Assembly (NCBI GenBank): GCA_016206805.1
Contig: JACQQX010000016.1
Span: 13,256 to 77,255 of the forward strand
Reading direction: 5' to 3'
Length of the DNA: 64,000 bases
Source of the DNA: Candidatus Omnitrophota bacterium
Lineage (GTDB): Bacteria > Omnitrophota > Gorgyraeia > 2-02-FULL-51-18
Position numbers and translations under genes: made by a program. Below, in pieces: positions 18,872 to 28,207 of this stretch (positions are counted from its first letter, which is position 1; every line of letters starts with the position of its first letter). Under the pieces are notes generated by a model that was not told the origin of the DNA, made no database searches, and saw only the letters and a list, made by a program, of their open reading frames with translations.

Positions 18872-19848
18872 AATCTCTCCTTGGCGTATTGATCGCAAAG
18901 TCTATCCAGCATTTTGCGGTATTGAGGCCTGACTTTTTCTTTTTTGAGAATAGCTTCCATACGCTTGGCTTGTTCTTCCAGAAAAGTACTGGGAAAAACG
19001 CGTGGCACATTGGCTTCGCTCATGATTTGACGGGTGCGCGCCGTTGGCAGGGTTTTCAGGAGTTTTTGGATACGGTTTAAAAATAGCGCCGGGCCTTGGG
19101 CAAACCGCTCGAACGGAACCCGTAGGAATTTCTTTTTATCGGCATTGGAAAGCCGTCGGTAACGAGCCTGAAAACTTTTGTCAAAATGGTCCATCACGCG
19201 GATGGCCTGTTCCATGCGTCCCAAGGACGCGTATTCTTTAGCCCAACCCGCCGCAAACCACGGCACCACCTTGCCGCCCGACTGGCAGCATAGCTGAAAT
19301 TCACGCGGATCATTTCCAATGCGTTTATCCCATTGACCTTCATACCAGCTTTCGACAAGCCACAACGGATGGCGCTCCATGAGAATATAAAGCTTAAGAC
19401 GGTCCTTAAAAGCCCCGAACAAAATATCCGAAGCCCCAAAAATATAATGCGTCATGAGAAATAGAATTGATTTTTTCTTTTGGATCTGTCGGACAGTGGC
19501 ATCTCCGGCCGGAGAAGCGGCTTTGAGCCTGTAAACTTCTTCTAAACCGTTTTTAGCTGCGCCACTGTCATCGTCTTTTCTAAAATTGGTGTTGCGGCCG
19601 ATCGACTGATGATAAAGGTCAATGTCGGAAAAAAGCTGAAGCATCATCGCGCAGGCTTTTTTATCGATTTTTCCAAGCAGATGAAGCGTTGAAAGCGACT
19701 CAAAAAGATAATCCAGACACCAGAGCTCCGCCCGCTCCATCGAGGAAAGAACCGGCGCCAGAAGCGTTTTGCCGGAACGGGAAAATCCATCGATGATGAC
19801 GATATTCTTGGCCAGCCGCTGGGGCCGTATCATCTCAAGAGACGACAT
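18868..19848 (-). CDS. Putative sulfotransferase-family protein (P-loop PAPS-binding-like)
   Basis: IVIIDGFSRSGKTLLAP resembles the 5'-PSB loop (G-x-PRSGTTLL) of Sulfotransfer_3-type bacterial sulfotransferases. 326 aa. No other family motif recognised, so the call is tentative. Confidence 0.4.
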   Translation of the reverse strand: MSSLEMIRPQRLAKNIVIIDGFSRSGKTLLAPVLSSMERAELWCLDYLFESLSTLHLLGKIDKKACAMMLQLFSDIDLYHQSIGRNTNFRKDDDSGAAKNGLEEVYRLKAASPAGDATVRQIQKKKSILFLMTHYIFGASDILFGAFKDRLKLYILMERHPLWLVESWYEGQWDKRIGNDPREFQLCCQSGGKVVPWFAAGWAKEYASLGRMEQAIRVMDHFDKSFQARYRRLSNADKKKFLRVPFERFAQGPALFLNRIQKLLKTLPTARTRQIMSEANVPRVFPSTFLEEQAKRMEAILKKEKVRPQYRKMLDRLCDQYAKERL

Positions 19849-21037
19849 GTTTCAGTACCCATTGGTTTTCGGTTTTCTCCCAAACATTGGAGATCGCGCG
19901 GTAACGGTCCATCACTTCCCAGAAAAAAGGCTCTTCGATATCCATGTAATCCAAAAACCATTGAAAGTATTTTTGTGGGAACTCGCCGTCATAACGGCGC
20001 GTGAGACGCACACCCTCTTCTCGCGTCAGATGATGCCGGCGGATATCCTGCTGGGCGTCGCGTGAGGCGCGACACATGCCAAATTTCATATAACTCAAAT
20101 ACCAGTGAAAACCATCAGCCTTGTCGTCCAGGCTGACATATTTATTGTAAGTGCCTTCCGAGCGGCCATCGTCATTGCACTCGAACCCGCAATATTGGAC
20201 CGCGTAATAAAAATTCTCCTGCGGCGTCCACTTTTGATAATAAGAATACCAGTGGCCTTCCACTCCCAGCTTCCGGATTTCTTCGACGGGAGGCGCTTTG
20301 TACCATTCGAGTGCCTTGCCCACTTCACTTTCTTTGAGAATCCCCCTCTTCAATCCCACGGCCGCGATATCATCCACCGTGGCGCCCTTAAACTGCTCCA
20401 CAATCCAGTCTTCCGGACCCTGTTTGGGCAGATTTTTAAATTTTTCCTGTCCGCCGTATTCCAACTCCCCATTTTCACCGTAAAAAATGAGGCTCAAACC
20501 AAACCGCCGGGCCATGTGATAAGCCCATGATTTTTGGCCGTAAGTGAATGGCTCCCAAGCGTCACCCTTGAGCTCAAACGCCAGCTTGGTCAGCTTGCGG
20601 TGAATGGAGCCATCCGGCTGACCCAAGAGATTGCTGAATCCTGAGTTGATAAAGTTCTGGAGATTTTTATAGCCGATGTCGGTGTATTCAAACGGCGTCC
20701 ATGTCACGCATAAAGGGTGCATGCCCCAGCGGACCTTGAGCTGATGCGCTACAAAAACGCTGTCCTTGCCGCCGGAGCCCGGCACGATGCAGTCAAAACT
20801 GCCGTCTTTAGAACGATGTTTCTCCAGAAGTTGCTCAAGCTCCGATTCCCGTTTTTTCCAATTCACCGCATGGTCTTTTTCGTAAGCCCATAAACAGGCC
20901 GAGCAAATCCCGTCTTCCGTGAAGCGCGTACGCGGCCGCTGATTAGAAACTACACAGTTGCGGCAAAAACGCACCTCTTTGGGAAGCGAGTCCAATTGCT
21001 TATCGAGGATGAGTGTGGGTTTCTGCGCTGGGTTCAT
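19835..21037 (-). CDS. N-acetyl sugar amidotransferase (WbuX/PseA/PtmG family, PP-loop ATP pyrophosphatase)
   Basis: N-terminal Zn-ribbon CRNCVVSNQRP...CSAC, PP-loop SGGKDS (CIVPGSGGKDSVF), and the conserved C-terminal region of LPS-biosynthesis amidotransferases. Confidence 0.8.
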   Translation of the reverse strand: MNPAQKPTLILDKQLDSLPKEVRFCRNCVVSNQRPRTRFTEDGICSACLWAYEKDHAVNWKKRESELEQLLEKHRSKDGSFDCIVPGSGGKDSVFVAHQLKVRWGMHPLCVTWTPFEYTDIGYKNLQNFINSGFSNLLGQPDGSIHRKLTKLAFELKGDAWEPFTYGQKSWAYHMARRFGLSLIFYGENGELEYGGQEKFKNLPKQGPEDWIVEQFKGATVDDIAAVGLKRGILKESEVGKALEWYKAPPVEEIRKLGVEGHWYSYYQKWTPQENFYYAVQYCGFECNDDGRSEGTYNKYVSLDDKADGFHWYLSYMKFGMCRASRDAQQDIRRHHLTREEGVRLTRRYDGEFPQKYFQWFLDYMDIEEPFFWEVMDRYRAISNVWEKTENQWVLKHVVS

Positions 21038-21690
21038 TTTTTAGAAATAAAATTTTTAAGGATGCGTAAACCCATTTCCCCGCTGCGTTCCGGATGAAAT
21101 TGGCAACCCTGAATATTATCTTGTAACAACACCGAGCAAAAACGGTCCTGCCCATATTCGGTTTGAGCCAACCAGGCCTGAGCGCTCTCCGGATAAACGC
21201 AATAGGAGTGAACAAAATACATGCAAGGTGCTTCATCCAGCCCATTCAAAAGCGTATCGCGCCAATTCCCGCCCTTGGAAGCGAGGGTCAGCCGATTCCA
21301 GCCGATTTGCGGGATTTTATAAGACTGCCCATTGTTGGGCGCCTGGAAACGACGCACTTTTCCGGCAATCAAATTTAAACCATCGTGAGAACCGCCCTCT
21401 TCGGAATGCGTCATCAAAAGCTGCATGCCCAGGCAAATCCCAAGAACGGGACAGCCCTCAGCCGCACGCTTGCGGATCGCGCTCACCAAGCCGCGCTCAT
21501 TCAAATACCGCATGCCCGCCTCAAAAGCACCCACGCCGGGCAGAATCAGTTTTTTAGCGGATAAAATATCTTCCGGTTTTCCGGAGATCACCGAAGACGC
21601 TCCTAAAAGATCAAGGGCCCGCTGGACATTAAAAAGATTGCCCACGCCGTAATCGATGATCACCGCGTCCGGGCTTTTAGCGTTTGGCAT
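21034..21690 (-). CDS. Imidazole glycerol phosphate synthase HisH-like glutamine amidotransferase (WbuY-type)
   Basis: AVIIDYGVGNLFNVQRAL...ILPGVGAF and a class I GATase Cys-His-Glu context (GICLGMQLL, H..E). The ORF may start at 21723. Confidence 0.8.
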   Translation of the reverse strand: MPNAKSPDAVIIDYGVGNLFNVQRALDLLGASSVISGKPEDILSAKKLILPGVGAFEAGMRYLNERGLVSAIRKRAAEGCPVLGICLGMQLLMTHSEEGGSHDGLNLIAGKVRRFQAPNNGQSYKIPQIGWNRLTLASKGGNWRDTLLNGLDEAPCMYFVHSYCVYPESAQAWLAQTEYGQDRFCSVLLQDNIQGCQFHPERSGEMGLRILKNFISKK

Positions 21691-22582
21691 AAGCCAGTCC
21701 CCGCACCGGAACGCCGCATTCATCCAGATAATTTTTAAGCTCAGGCAAACCCACGTGATTCACCATAATATTTTTGTAACCGCCGTAACCGTCTTTCAAA
21801 AAATCAATATTGCCGGAGTCGATATCTTCCCCCATCCGCAGCCGAGACTCATCAAAAGACATCCATCGCCGGTTGTCGCCAGGTGCAGTCGCATAATAAT
21901 AATGAAAAACCGACGCCGCGCTGACCGCGTCAGCCGCGCCCTGTGCAATGACTGAAAGAAAATCTTCCTTCTTTCCGGCTCCGCCTCCGGCAATCACCGG
22001 CACCGGCACCGCCTTCGCAACTTTAGACGTAAAGTCGACATCAAACCCATTGCCCATGCCATCGCGACGGATAGAGGTCAAAAGAATTTCTCCGGCGCCC
22101 AGGTCTACCGCGCGCCGCGCCCAGTCAAAAGCATCAATACCGGTCGGTTGACGGCCATAGTCGGTCCACACTTCATAACCGCCATGCGTTGTTTGATAAA
22201 ACTCAATGCTGGCAACGATACATTGCGAACCAAAAATCTGAGCGGCTTCTTTTAAAAGATTGGGATTTTCGATGGCGGCGGTATTGATCGCGACTTTGTC
22301 GGCGCCCGCGCGAAGGATTTCCCGGATATCTTCAACACTGCGGATGCCGCCGGCGACTGTCATCGGGATAAAAATCTTGGCGGCGGTTTTACGGATGTAT
22401 TCCAAAAGCGAATTGCGCCGGTAAAGACTGGCCACCGTATCATAAAAAATAAGTTCGTCCGCCCCTTCGCGGTAATAAATCTCGGCCAGCGCGTCCGGAG
22501 TCCCCAAAACACGATTGCCGTCAAACTGTATTCCTTTGACGACATTAGGCCCTTTAATGTCCAGGCGCGGGATGATTCTTAC
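21677..22582 (-). CDS. HisF-like cyclase subunit (WbuZ-type) with C-terminal extension
   Basis: MVRIIPRLDIKGPNVVKGIQFDG...PDALAEIYYREGADELIFYD...VAGGIRS are HisF (beta/alpha)8 barrel motifs. The ORF could extend to 22615. Confidence 0.8.
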   Translation of the reverse strand, partial: VRIIPRLDIKGPNVVKGIQFDGNRVLGTPDALAEIYYREGADELIFYDTVASLYRRNSLLEYIRKTAAKIFIPMTVAGGIRSVEDIREILRAGADKVAINTAAIENPNLLKEAAQIFGSQCIVASIEFYQTTHGGYEVWTDYGRQPTGIDAFDWARRAVDLGAGEILLTSIRRDGMGNGFDVDFTSKVAKAVPVPVIAGGGAGKKEDFLSVIAQGAADAVSAASVFHYYYATAPGDNRRWMSFDESRLRMGEDIDSGNIDFLKDGYGGYKNIMVNHVGLPELKNYLDECGVPVRGLAYAKR

Positions 22583-23379
22583 CATACGCTCAAACCCCCA
22601 TCGACCACCAGGCACTGGCCCGTCACGTAACTGGAAGCGTCCGATGCCAAGAAAATAAGCGCGCCGGTCATTTCATTGGGCTTAGCCATTCTCCCCATCG
22701 GCACGCGTCGCGAATAATTTTGAATAAACGTTTTATCCTGCCCGTTTTCCACGCCACCCGGGACAATGGCATTGACACGAATATTTTTGGACGCCCAATC
22801 GGCGGCAAGATGCTTGGTCAGGCCAATCACACCGGCTTTGGACGCCGTATACACCGCCGGCGCGCTTAACTCCCGGGGTTTAGGATAAATACGCTGGTCG
22901 GGCGCCATGAGACCATAAATCGAAGCGGTTTGGATGATGCTGCCGCCTTGATGCCTTGCCATCCGGCCGCCCACGGTTTGCGCGACCAAAAACATGCCGT
23001 CCAAATTAACAGCCATGACTTCCCGCCAGGACGAAAGATCCATGCCCGCCGCGTTTTTGTAAAAATCGGAAGAATGCTTAAGTTTTGTAGCGGCGTTATT
23101 ATGCAAAATAGAAATGGGCCCTAGCGTCTTCTCCGCCAGGGAAACCATTCGCCGGACGCTTTGGGGATCGGAAACGTCACAACCGATGCCGACGGCTTTT
23201 ACCTCGTATTTTCCGGCAATTTCCAGCGCGAATTTTTTACAAACAGCCTCATCAACGTCCACGATGGCCACATTCGCCCCGTAATCCGCCAACGCCCGGC
23301 AAAAATAACGCCCTAAAAACCCCGAGCCGCCGGTCACCACGGCGTTCTTTTTTGAAAGGTCAAACAGACTGGGTTTCAT
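22579..23379 (-). CDS. SDR-family oxidoreductase (PtmA-like)
   Basis: NAVVTGGSGFLGRYF (TGxxxGxG), NNAA, and Y-x3-K in ASKAGVIGLTK. Start at MKPSLFDL. Confidence 0.75.
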   Translation of the reverse strand: MKPSLFDLSKKNAVVTGGSGFLGRYFCRALADYGANVAIVDVDEAVCKKFALEIAGKYEVKAVGIGCDVSDPQSVRRMVSLAEKTLGPISILHNNAATKLKHSSDFYKNAAGMDLSSWREVMAVNLDGMFLVAQTVGGRMARHQGGSIIQTASIYGLMAPDQRIYPKPRELSAPAVYTASKAGVIGLTKHLAADWASKNIRVNAIVPGGVENGQDKTFIQNYSRRVPMGRMAKPNEMTGALIFLASDASSYVTGQCLVVDGGLSVW

Positions 23380-23647
23380 GTTTATCCACCTTAAAATAAA
23401 CGCGCAAGTACATGGCGATACACGCCGCCAGGAAAATGAGAGCAAGGACGTACTTTACCTGGAGCGGCCGCTGGTCGATCAAAAGAGCATACCAGAGCGC
23501 AATAATGTTTCCGATAAAAGAAATCAGGAGCAGCCGGAAACTCAGCCCGGCCACCGTTTTTGTCTTAATCGTTTTCATGATTTGAGGCCAGTAGCAGGCG
23601 GTGAAAAGAACGGTGGCCGTCCAACCCAAAATGTCGGCGAGGGTCAT
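23360..23647 (-). CDS. Small PQ-loop (SemiSWEET/MtN3-like) membrane protein
   Basis: 95 aa with three hydrophobic helices and a PQ motif in helix 1 (FTACYWPQIMKTIKTKTVAGLS). Confidence 0.45.
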   Translation of the reverse strand: MTLADILGWTATVLFTACYWPQIMKTIKTKTVAGLSFRLLLISFIGNIIALWYALLIDQRPLQVKYVLALIFLAACIAMYLRVYFKVDKHETQSV

Positions 23648-24351
23648 GATTTTTTTTCTCCTTTTCTCGTCATCAAAAAGCCAACGATTTCAAAATCCAG
23701 CTCACTATCGATGTCCAAAGACCGCTCGGGCGGCATTTCATAAAACCGGGTGGCCTTGTTGAAAAGCGGGTCTTCGCGGAAAAGATTTTTCCGGTTCCAC
23801 ACGTAAATCGAGGCGTTCATGTCATAACACCGGGGGGAATCCTGCCTTCGCAAAACCGGCGCCGCCGGCGGTTTTGAAAGTTTCGGCGCGCCATTCTTGC
23901 CCAGCTCGACAAGGTTAAAATAAGGGGAACGCCGCGACGCGGCGCCAGTGATCACGTTGGCCGCGTCGCTTTTTTCGAGAAGGCTTACAGCTTTCAAGAT
24001 ATCGTCGACATGCCGCAAAGGAGAGGTGGGGTCCAGGTCGCATACTGTTTCAAAAATAAAACCCGTACTTTTCTCGACCGCTGACACGCAATGACGGATG
24101 GCCGGCAGCTTGGGAGCGTGGTCCGTGGCAAGTTTGGCCGGCCGCCGGATCAGAAAATCAGCCCCCCATTTCCTGCCGGCTTCGAGGATGGCAGCCGAGT
24201 CACTGGTGACCGCGATAGCGGTAAAAAGTCCCGAGGCTTTTGCCTGGGAAATCGTATGGGCGATCAGGGGTTTACCGGCCAGTGGACGGATATTTTTATT
24301 TTTTACGCCTTTGGATCCGCCGCGCGCGCAAATCACGCAAAGCCTTTTCAT
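23644..24351 (-). CDS. Acylneuraminate cytidylyltransferase (CMP-nonulosonic acid synthetase, NeuA/LegF/PseF-like)
   Basis: MKRLCVICARGGSKGVKNKNIRPLAGKPLIAHTI...IAVTSDSAAILEAGRKWGADFLIRRP matches CTP_transf_3. Confidence 0.75.
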   Translation of the reverse strand: MKRLCVICARGGSKGVKNKNIRPLAGKPLIAHTISQAKASGLFTAIAVTSDSAAILEAGRKWGADFLIRRPAKLATDHAPKLPAIRHCVSAVEKSTGFIFETVCDLDPTSPLRHVDDILKAVSLLEKSDAANVITGAASRRSPYFNLVELGKNGAPKLSKPPAAPVLRRQDSPRCYDMNASIYVWNRKNLFREDPLFNKATRFYEMPPERSLDIDSELDFEIVGFLMTRKGEKKS

Positions 24352-25256
24352 CGCTTCACCCAGCTTTTCTTTTTAGCCGCTTTTTCCGCGGCAGCAATGA
24401 GGCTCATGACTTCCATCCCCTCACTGAGCCTGGCCACATCGTGGAATTTTCCTTTGAGCGCCGATTCATGCTGCCACCGGTAAGTGGCGTCGCGATCGAT
24501 TTCAAAACTTTCAATCTCTCCATCCACCCGAAGCGTTCCGCCGATCAAATCCACCTTATAACTGTGCCGGTCCGTGTTGATAAAAACTTCACGGCGCGGA
24601 TTTCTATCGATATAATTGATCTGAAGTGAAACTGCCCGGCAGCGGCGCGTGGTCATCAAAAGACAAAACACATCGTCGCTAGTGATTTTGAGCTTGCTGA
24701 AATGTCCGCCAATAGCCGCCACCGAAGTCCAGCCACCCAATAACCAGTTCAGATAATCCAGCTCATGACTCAAATCCCTCAATACCCCGCCGCCGGCTTT
24801 TTTATCCGCCGAATAACCGCGGCGATAATCCGCTTGCCGCCAGGACGGCAGGAAACTGCCGGCATATACCTGCGTGGAAATAATAGTTTCCTTCTTCAGT
24901 AAGACGCTCAGTTTCTGCAGCGCCGGATGAAAACGCAAATTATAAGCCACGCCGATATATTTAAAATGATTCACGGGGAATGAGGCTGCCTGCGCGAAAA
25001 CCGGCTTCTCAATCAAAAGCGCGCCTTTAAAACCGCTCTGTTTTAATTCCAGCACCGTCTTTCGATGGTCACTTGTCTTATTGGCAATCACCACATAATC
25101 CGGTTTTTCTTTTGAAAGTGCCGCCGCCAGCGTTTTGTAGCTGGGTTTAAAATCAATATTCCGCTTGGACACCACCGCTATCGGACATCCCAATGCCTTT
25201 AAAATCCTCGCGTGCCGCGAACCAATGGAACCATAACCGATGACAAGGGTCTTCAT
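24348..25256 (-). CDS. Gfo/Idh/MocA-family NAD(P)-dependent oxidoreductase (PtmF-like)
   Basis: MKTLVIGYGSIGSRHARIL Rossmann N-terminus and the EKP motif (LLIEKPV) characteristic of Gfo/Idh/MocA. Confidence 0.75.
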   Translation of the reverse strand: MKTLVIGYGSIGSRHARILKALGCPIAVVSKRNIDFKPSYKTLAAALSKEKPDYVVIANKTSDHRKTVLELKQSGFKGALLIEKPVFAQAASFPVNHFKYIGVAYNLRFHPALQKLSVLLKKETIISTQVYAGSFLPSWRQADYRRGYSADKKAGGGVLRDLSHELDYLNWLLGGWTSVAAIGGHFSKLKITSDDVFCLLMTTRRCRAVSLQINYIDRNPRREVFINTDRHSYKVDLIGGTLRVDGEIESFEIDRDATYRWQHESALKGKFHDVARLSEGMEVMSLIAAAEKAAKKKSWVKR

Positions 25257-26728
25257 TTGACCGTGGCCTTTAACGCGCGATTCATCACGCGATGGTGTTC
25301 GATTTTTTCATGGATATCCTTGCAAACCCGCTCAATAGCCCCCGGCTTAATGCCATTGGAAGATGGCAAACTGATTCCGCGCGCGGAAAGCGCTTCGGTC
25401 ACTGGAAATGGGTCTGAGGAACGATAGGGCGGCTGGTGATGCAGCGGATAAAAGAAGGTACGCGTCTCAATCCCTTCCCTTTCCAGCCCGCGAACCAGCT
25501 CATCACGCGTGATGCCCGTCTTTTTTTCATCAATGAGAATCGAATACAACCAGTAAATGTTTTTGGCCCAGGGCATCTCGGGCGGCAATGTAATCCCAGG
25601 CAGGCCTTTGAAACCAGCCGTGTAATGCTGAGCAATTTTCCGGCGGCTGGCCAGGAAACGGTCGATCTGCTCTAGCTGCGCCAGACCAATCGCGGCCTGG
25701 AGATTGGTCATGCGGTAATTGAATCCGGCCACCTCATGCCAATAACGCCGGCCACGCCGCATGCCATGATCGCGCAAAACCATCATCTTGTCGTATAACG
25801 AAGCGTCCGCGCAGGTCACCATCCCGCCTTCTCCTGTCGTAATCACTTTGTTTGAAAAAAAACTAAAACAGGCGGCGTCCCCAAATGTCCCAACCTTCTT
25901 GCCTTTGTATTCAGCGCCCAGCGCCTCAGCGCAATCTTCAACAACAAAAAGTTTTCTTTTCTCGGCCAAGGCCATGATTGGGTCCATATCGCAAGGATGT
26001 CCATACAAATGAACCGGCATAATGACTTTTGTCCGTGGGGTCAGAACCGATTCAAGCTTAGCCGGATCCATATTCCAATAATTTTTAGTCACATCCACGA
26101 GAATGGGTTTGGCGCCGCTATGAATCACCGCATTGGCGCTGGCCGCGAACGTTAGATTGGGAACAATCACTTCATCGCCCGGCCCCACACCCAGCGCGGT
26201 TAATGCCAGGTGAAGCGCGGCCGTGCCATTGCAGGTGGCCGTCGCGTAAGACATGTCATGGTATTTGGCAAAAGCGACTTCAAAAGACTTCACATAAGGC
26301 CCTTGGGATGAAATCCAATTGGTCGCGATGCAATCCATCACGTATTTCATTTCATTGCCCGCCAACACCGGCTCCATAATGGGCATGCGCCACATTTCAG
26401 CCCATGAAAGCACGTCAACCAGGCGCCCTTTCGCGTCCAAAATAGGCAAATGGCGAATTTCATCGGTCAACAACCGCACATTTTCTTCATGGGAAGCATT
26501 CGCGCGGCCGCTGGTGAATTTCTGTCTCAAAAAACGGGTAGCCGGCATATCCAGCGTAGCGTCTTTCAAAAAGGCGCGGCGCACGTCCCCATCCGTCATC
26601 ACGCCAACCATGCGCTTATCAGTCCCTACAAAAAAAACAGCTCCCAACGCTCCCTGATTGAGCCTATCCAAAACATCCTTTAAGGTCGCCTTTTCAGAAA
26701 CAACGTTATTGAGGAAATCTTTAGGCAT
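25253..26728 (-). CDS. Fusion: tandem CBS domains + DegT/DnrJ/EryC1/StrS-family PLP-dependent sugar aminotransferase (LegC/PseC-like)
   Basis: The N-terminal ~120 aa form a CBS pair (FFVGTDKRMVGVMTDGDVRRAF...). The remainder has NGTAALHLAL, the VIVPNLTFAASANAV PLP region, and FSFFSNKVITTGEGG with the Lys of the DegT family. Confidence 0.8.
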   Translation of the reverse strand: MPKDFLNNVVSEKATLKDVLDRLNQGALGAVFFVGTDKRMVGVMTDGDVRRAFLKDATLDMPATRFLRQKFTSGRANASHEENVRLLTDEIRHLPILDAKGRLVDVLSWAEMWRMPIMEPVLAGNEMKYVMDCIATNWISSQGPYVKSFEVAFAKYHDMSYATATCNGTAALHLALTALGVGPGDEVIVPNLTFAASANAVIHSGAKPILVDVTKNYWNMDPAKLESVLTPRTKVIMPVHLYGHPCDMDPIMALAEKRKLFVVEDCAEALGAEYKGKKVGTFGDAACFSFFSNKVITTGEGGMVTCADASLYDKMMVLRDHGMRRGRRYWHEVAGFNYRMTNLQAAIGLAQLEQIDRFLASRRKIAQHYTAGFKGLPGITLPPEMPWAKNIYWLYSILIDEKKTGITRDELVRGLEREGIETRTFFYPLHHQPPYRSSDPFPVTEALSARGISLPSSNGIKPGAIERVCKDIHEKIEHHRVMNRALKATVK

Positions 26729-27596
26729 TCAAAGGCTCCTTGAGTCGGGAGTTAATGAGTTTGATTTGAGCGGCAATGGTTTCCGGCGAAAGACGGTAGG
26801 ACTCTAGCACCCAAGGAACCCGCGGTGGAATGTGATTGGCCAACGGTTTCCAAAACCAGGAGTCCTCACTCAACGGTTCATTGGTGTCGGCGGAACCGTC
26901 ATTGTCACTCAAATGAACCGCGCGAATCGCCTCGGAAAGCTCGTGTACCGCCCGTACGGCATTAAATCCTAGCGCGATGGCCGATACTTTCAAATGCGCG
27001 ACATCCAAAAGAAGTCCCAGGTTTTTTCTTCCCACCGCTTTCAAGACAGCCAAAACTTCGTCGGCGGTAACCGCCAGCAACAATTCGTTCTTTCCATCGA
27101 TTCGGTTAAACGGCGCGAACACATTATTCTCAAAAAGGAACCCCGTGCCACGATTGGCCGCATAATCGGCCAACATTCCTAAACTTTCGTGAAAAATCGC
27201 AAGGGCGGTGTCCTTAGAGATACGTCCCAATCCCGTTTGTTTCCGGCCCAAATGCTCGGGAGCCGCATGAAAACAAAATCCCGAATGCACGCTATAAAAC
27301 GGTGACTCCAAAAGCACGCATAAATCAATGGCAGCTTTGCAATGCTGACGGCTTTTTTCAAGTGTGTCTGCATCATCAGAAGCAAGATTTAAAACAAAAG
27401 GTTTGGCGGGCGTTGGAAAATAATTATGGACCAAAAACTGAAGATGGGACTTGGCTTTTAAAACCACCGGCAGCATGCTCTCGTCATAAAGCGCGGCGGA
27501 GCTGAGCTCAACGCGCTTCCATCCGCGGCTTTGGCAAAGCGCGATGATCTCAAGAACCGATTTTTTTCCGAAAGCGCCTGTAGAAAGATAAATCAA
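26721..27596 (-). CDS. Sugar phosphate isomerase/epimerase (xylose-isomerase-like TIM barrel)
   Basis: AP_endonuc_2/xylose isomerase-like barrel pattern (MIYLSTGAF...VELSS...HNYFP...SVHSGF...LFENN...HLSDN). Confidence 0.6.
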   Translation of the reverse strand: MIYLSTGAFGKKSVLEIIALCQSRGWKRVELSSAALYDESMLPVVLKAKSHLQFLVHNYFPTPAKPFVLNLASDDADTLEKSRQHCKAAIDLCVLLESPFYSVHSGFCFHAAPEHLGRKQTGLGRISKDTALAIFHESLGMLADYAANRGTGFLFENNVFAPFNRIDGKNELLLAVTADEVLAVLKAVGRKNLGLLLDVAHLKVSAIALGFNAVRAVHELSEAIRAVHLSDNDGSADTNEPLSEDSWFWKPLANHIPPRVPWVLESYRLSPETIAAQIKLINSRLKEPLNA

Positions 27597-28207
27597 TGGT
27601 AAACTCCGAGGATTTTTTTCTTGGCCGGAACGTCCCGCAAAACCACCGACCCCGCGCCCACCGTCACTTCTGGGCCGATAGTCAGCCGGTCCGCGATCGA
27701 AGCATTCACGCCGATAAAAGAAAGCGCGCCAATAGACGTGCGCCCGGCAACAACCGCCTGGGGCGCCAAATGCGAAAAATCCCCAAGGCTCGACTCATGG
27801 TCCAGCGAAGCGCCGGTATTGACGATACAGCCTTTTCCCACGATGGCTTCCGCGCCAAGGGTAGCTCCCAAACAAACGACACTACCCTCCCCTATTTCGG
27901 CGCTTTTTTCAACCAGCGCGCTGGGATGCACAAGGCTGGGCGTCCTAAAACCATGCCGCTTCAAAAACTCAAACGCTTTTTGACGCTTGGCATTATCTCC
28001 CAGGGCCAGGTAAACGTTTCCCGCTTTATTTTTAAATTTCAGAATAGATTCAAACCGGCCAAGCACGGGCGATCCGGCGATTTTCTCCGCTTTATGCGGA
28101 TCGTAAGAATCGTCAAAGAACCCTAATACCGTAATTTTTTGAGCCTTCAAAATCGAGGCGAGAACGCGCGCATGCCCTCCGGCCCCAAACACCACGGCTT
28201 TTTTCAT
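27593..28207 (-). CDS. NeuD/PglD/LegH-family sugar N-acetyltransferase (N-terminal Rossmann-like + left-handed beta-helix)
   Basis: MKKAVVFGAGGHARVLASIL N-terminus followed by hexapeptide repeats (IGEGSVV, GKGCIVNTGASL, SIGALSFIGVNASI). Confidence 0.75.
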   Translation of the reverse strand: MKKAVVFGAGGHARVLASILKAQKITVLGFFDDSYDPHKAEKIAGSPVLGRFESILKFKNKAGNVYLALGDNAKRQKAFEFLKRHGFRTPSLVHPSALVEKSAEIGEGSVVCLGATLGAEAIVGKGCIVNTGASLDHESSLGDFSHLAPQAVVAGRTSIGALSFIGVNASIADRLTIGPEVTVGAGSVVLRDVPAKKKILGVYH

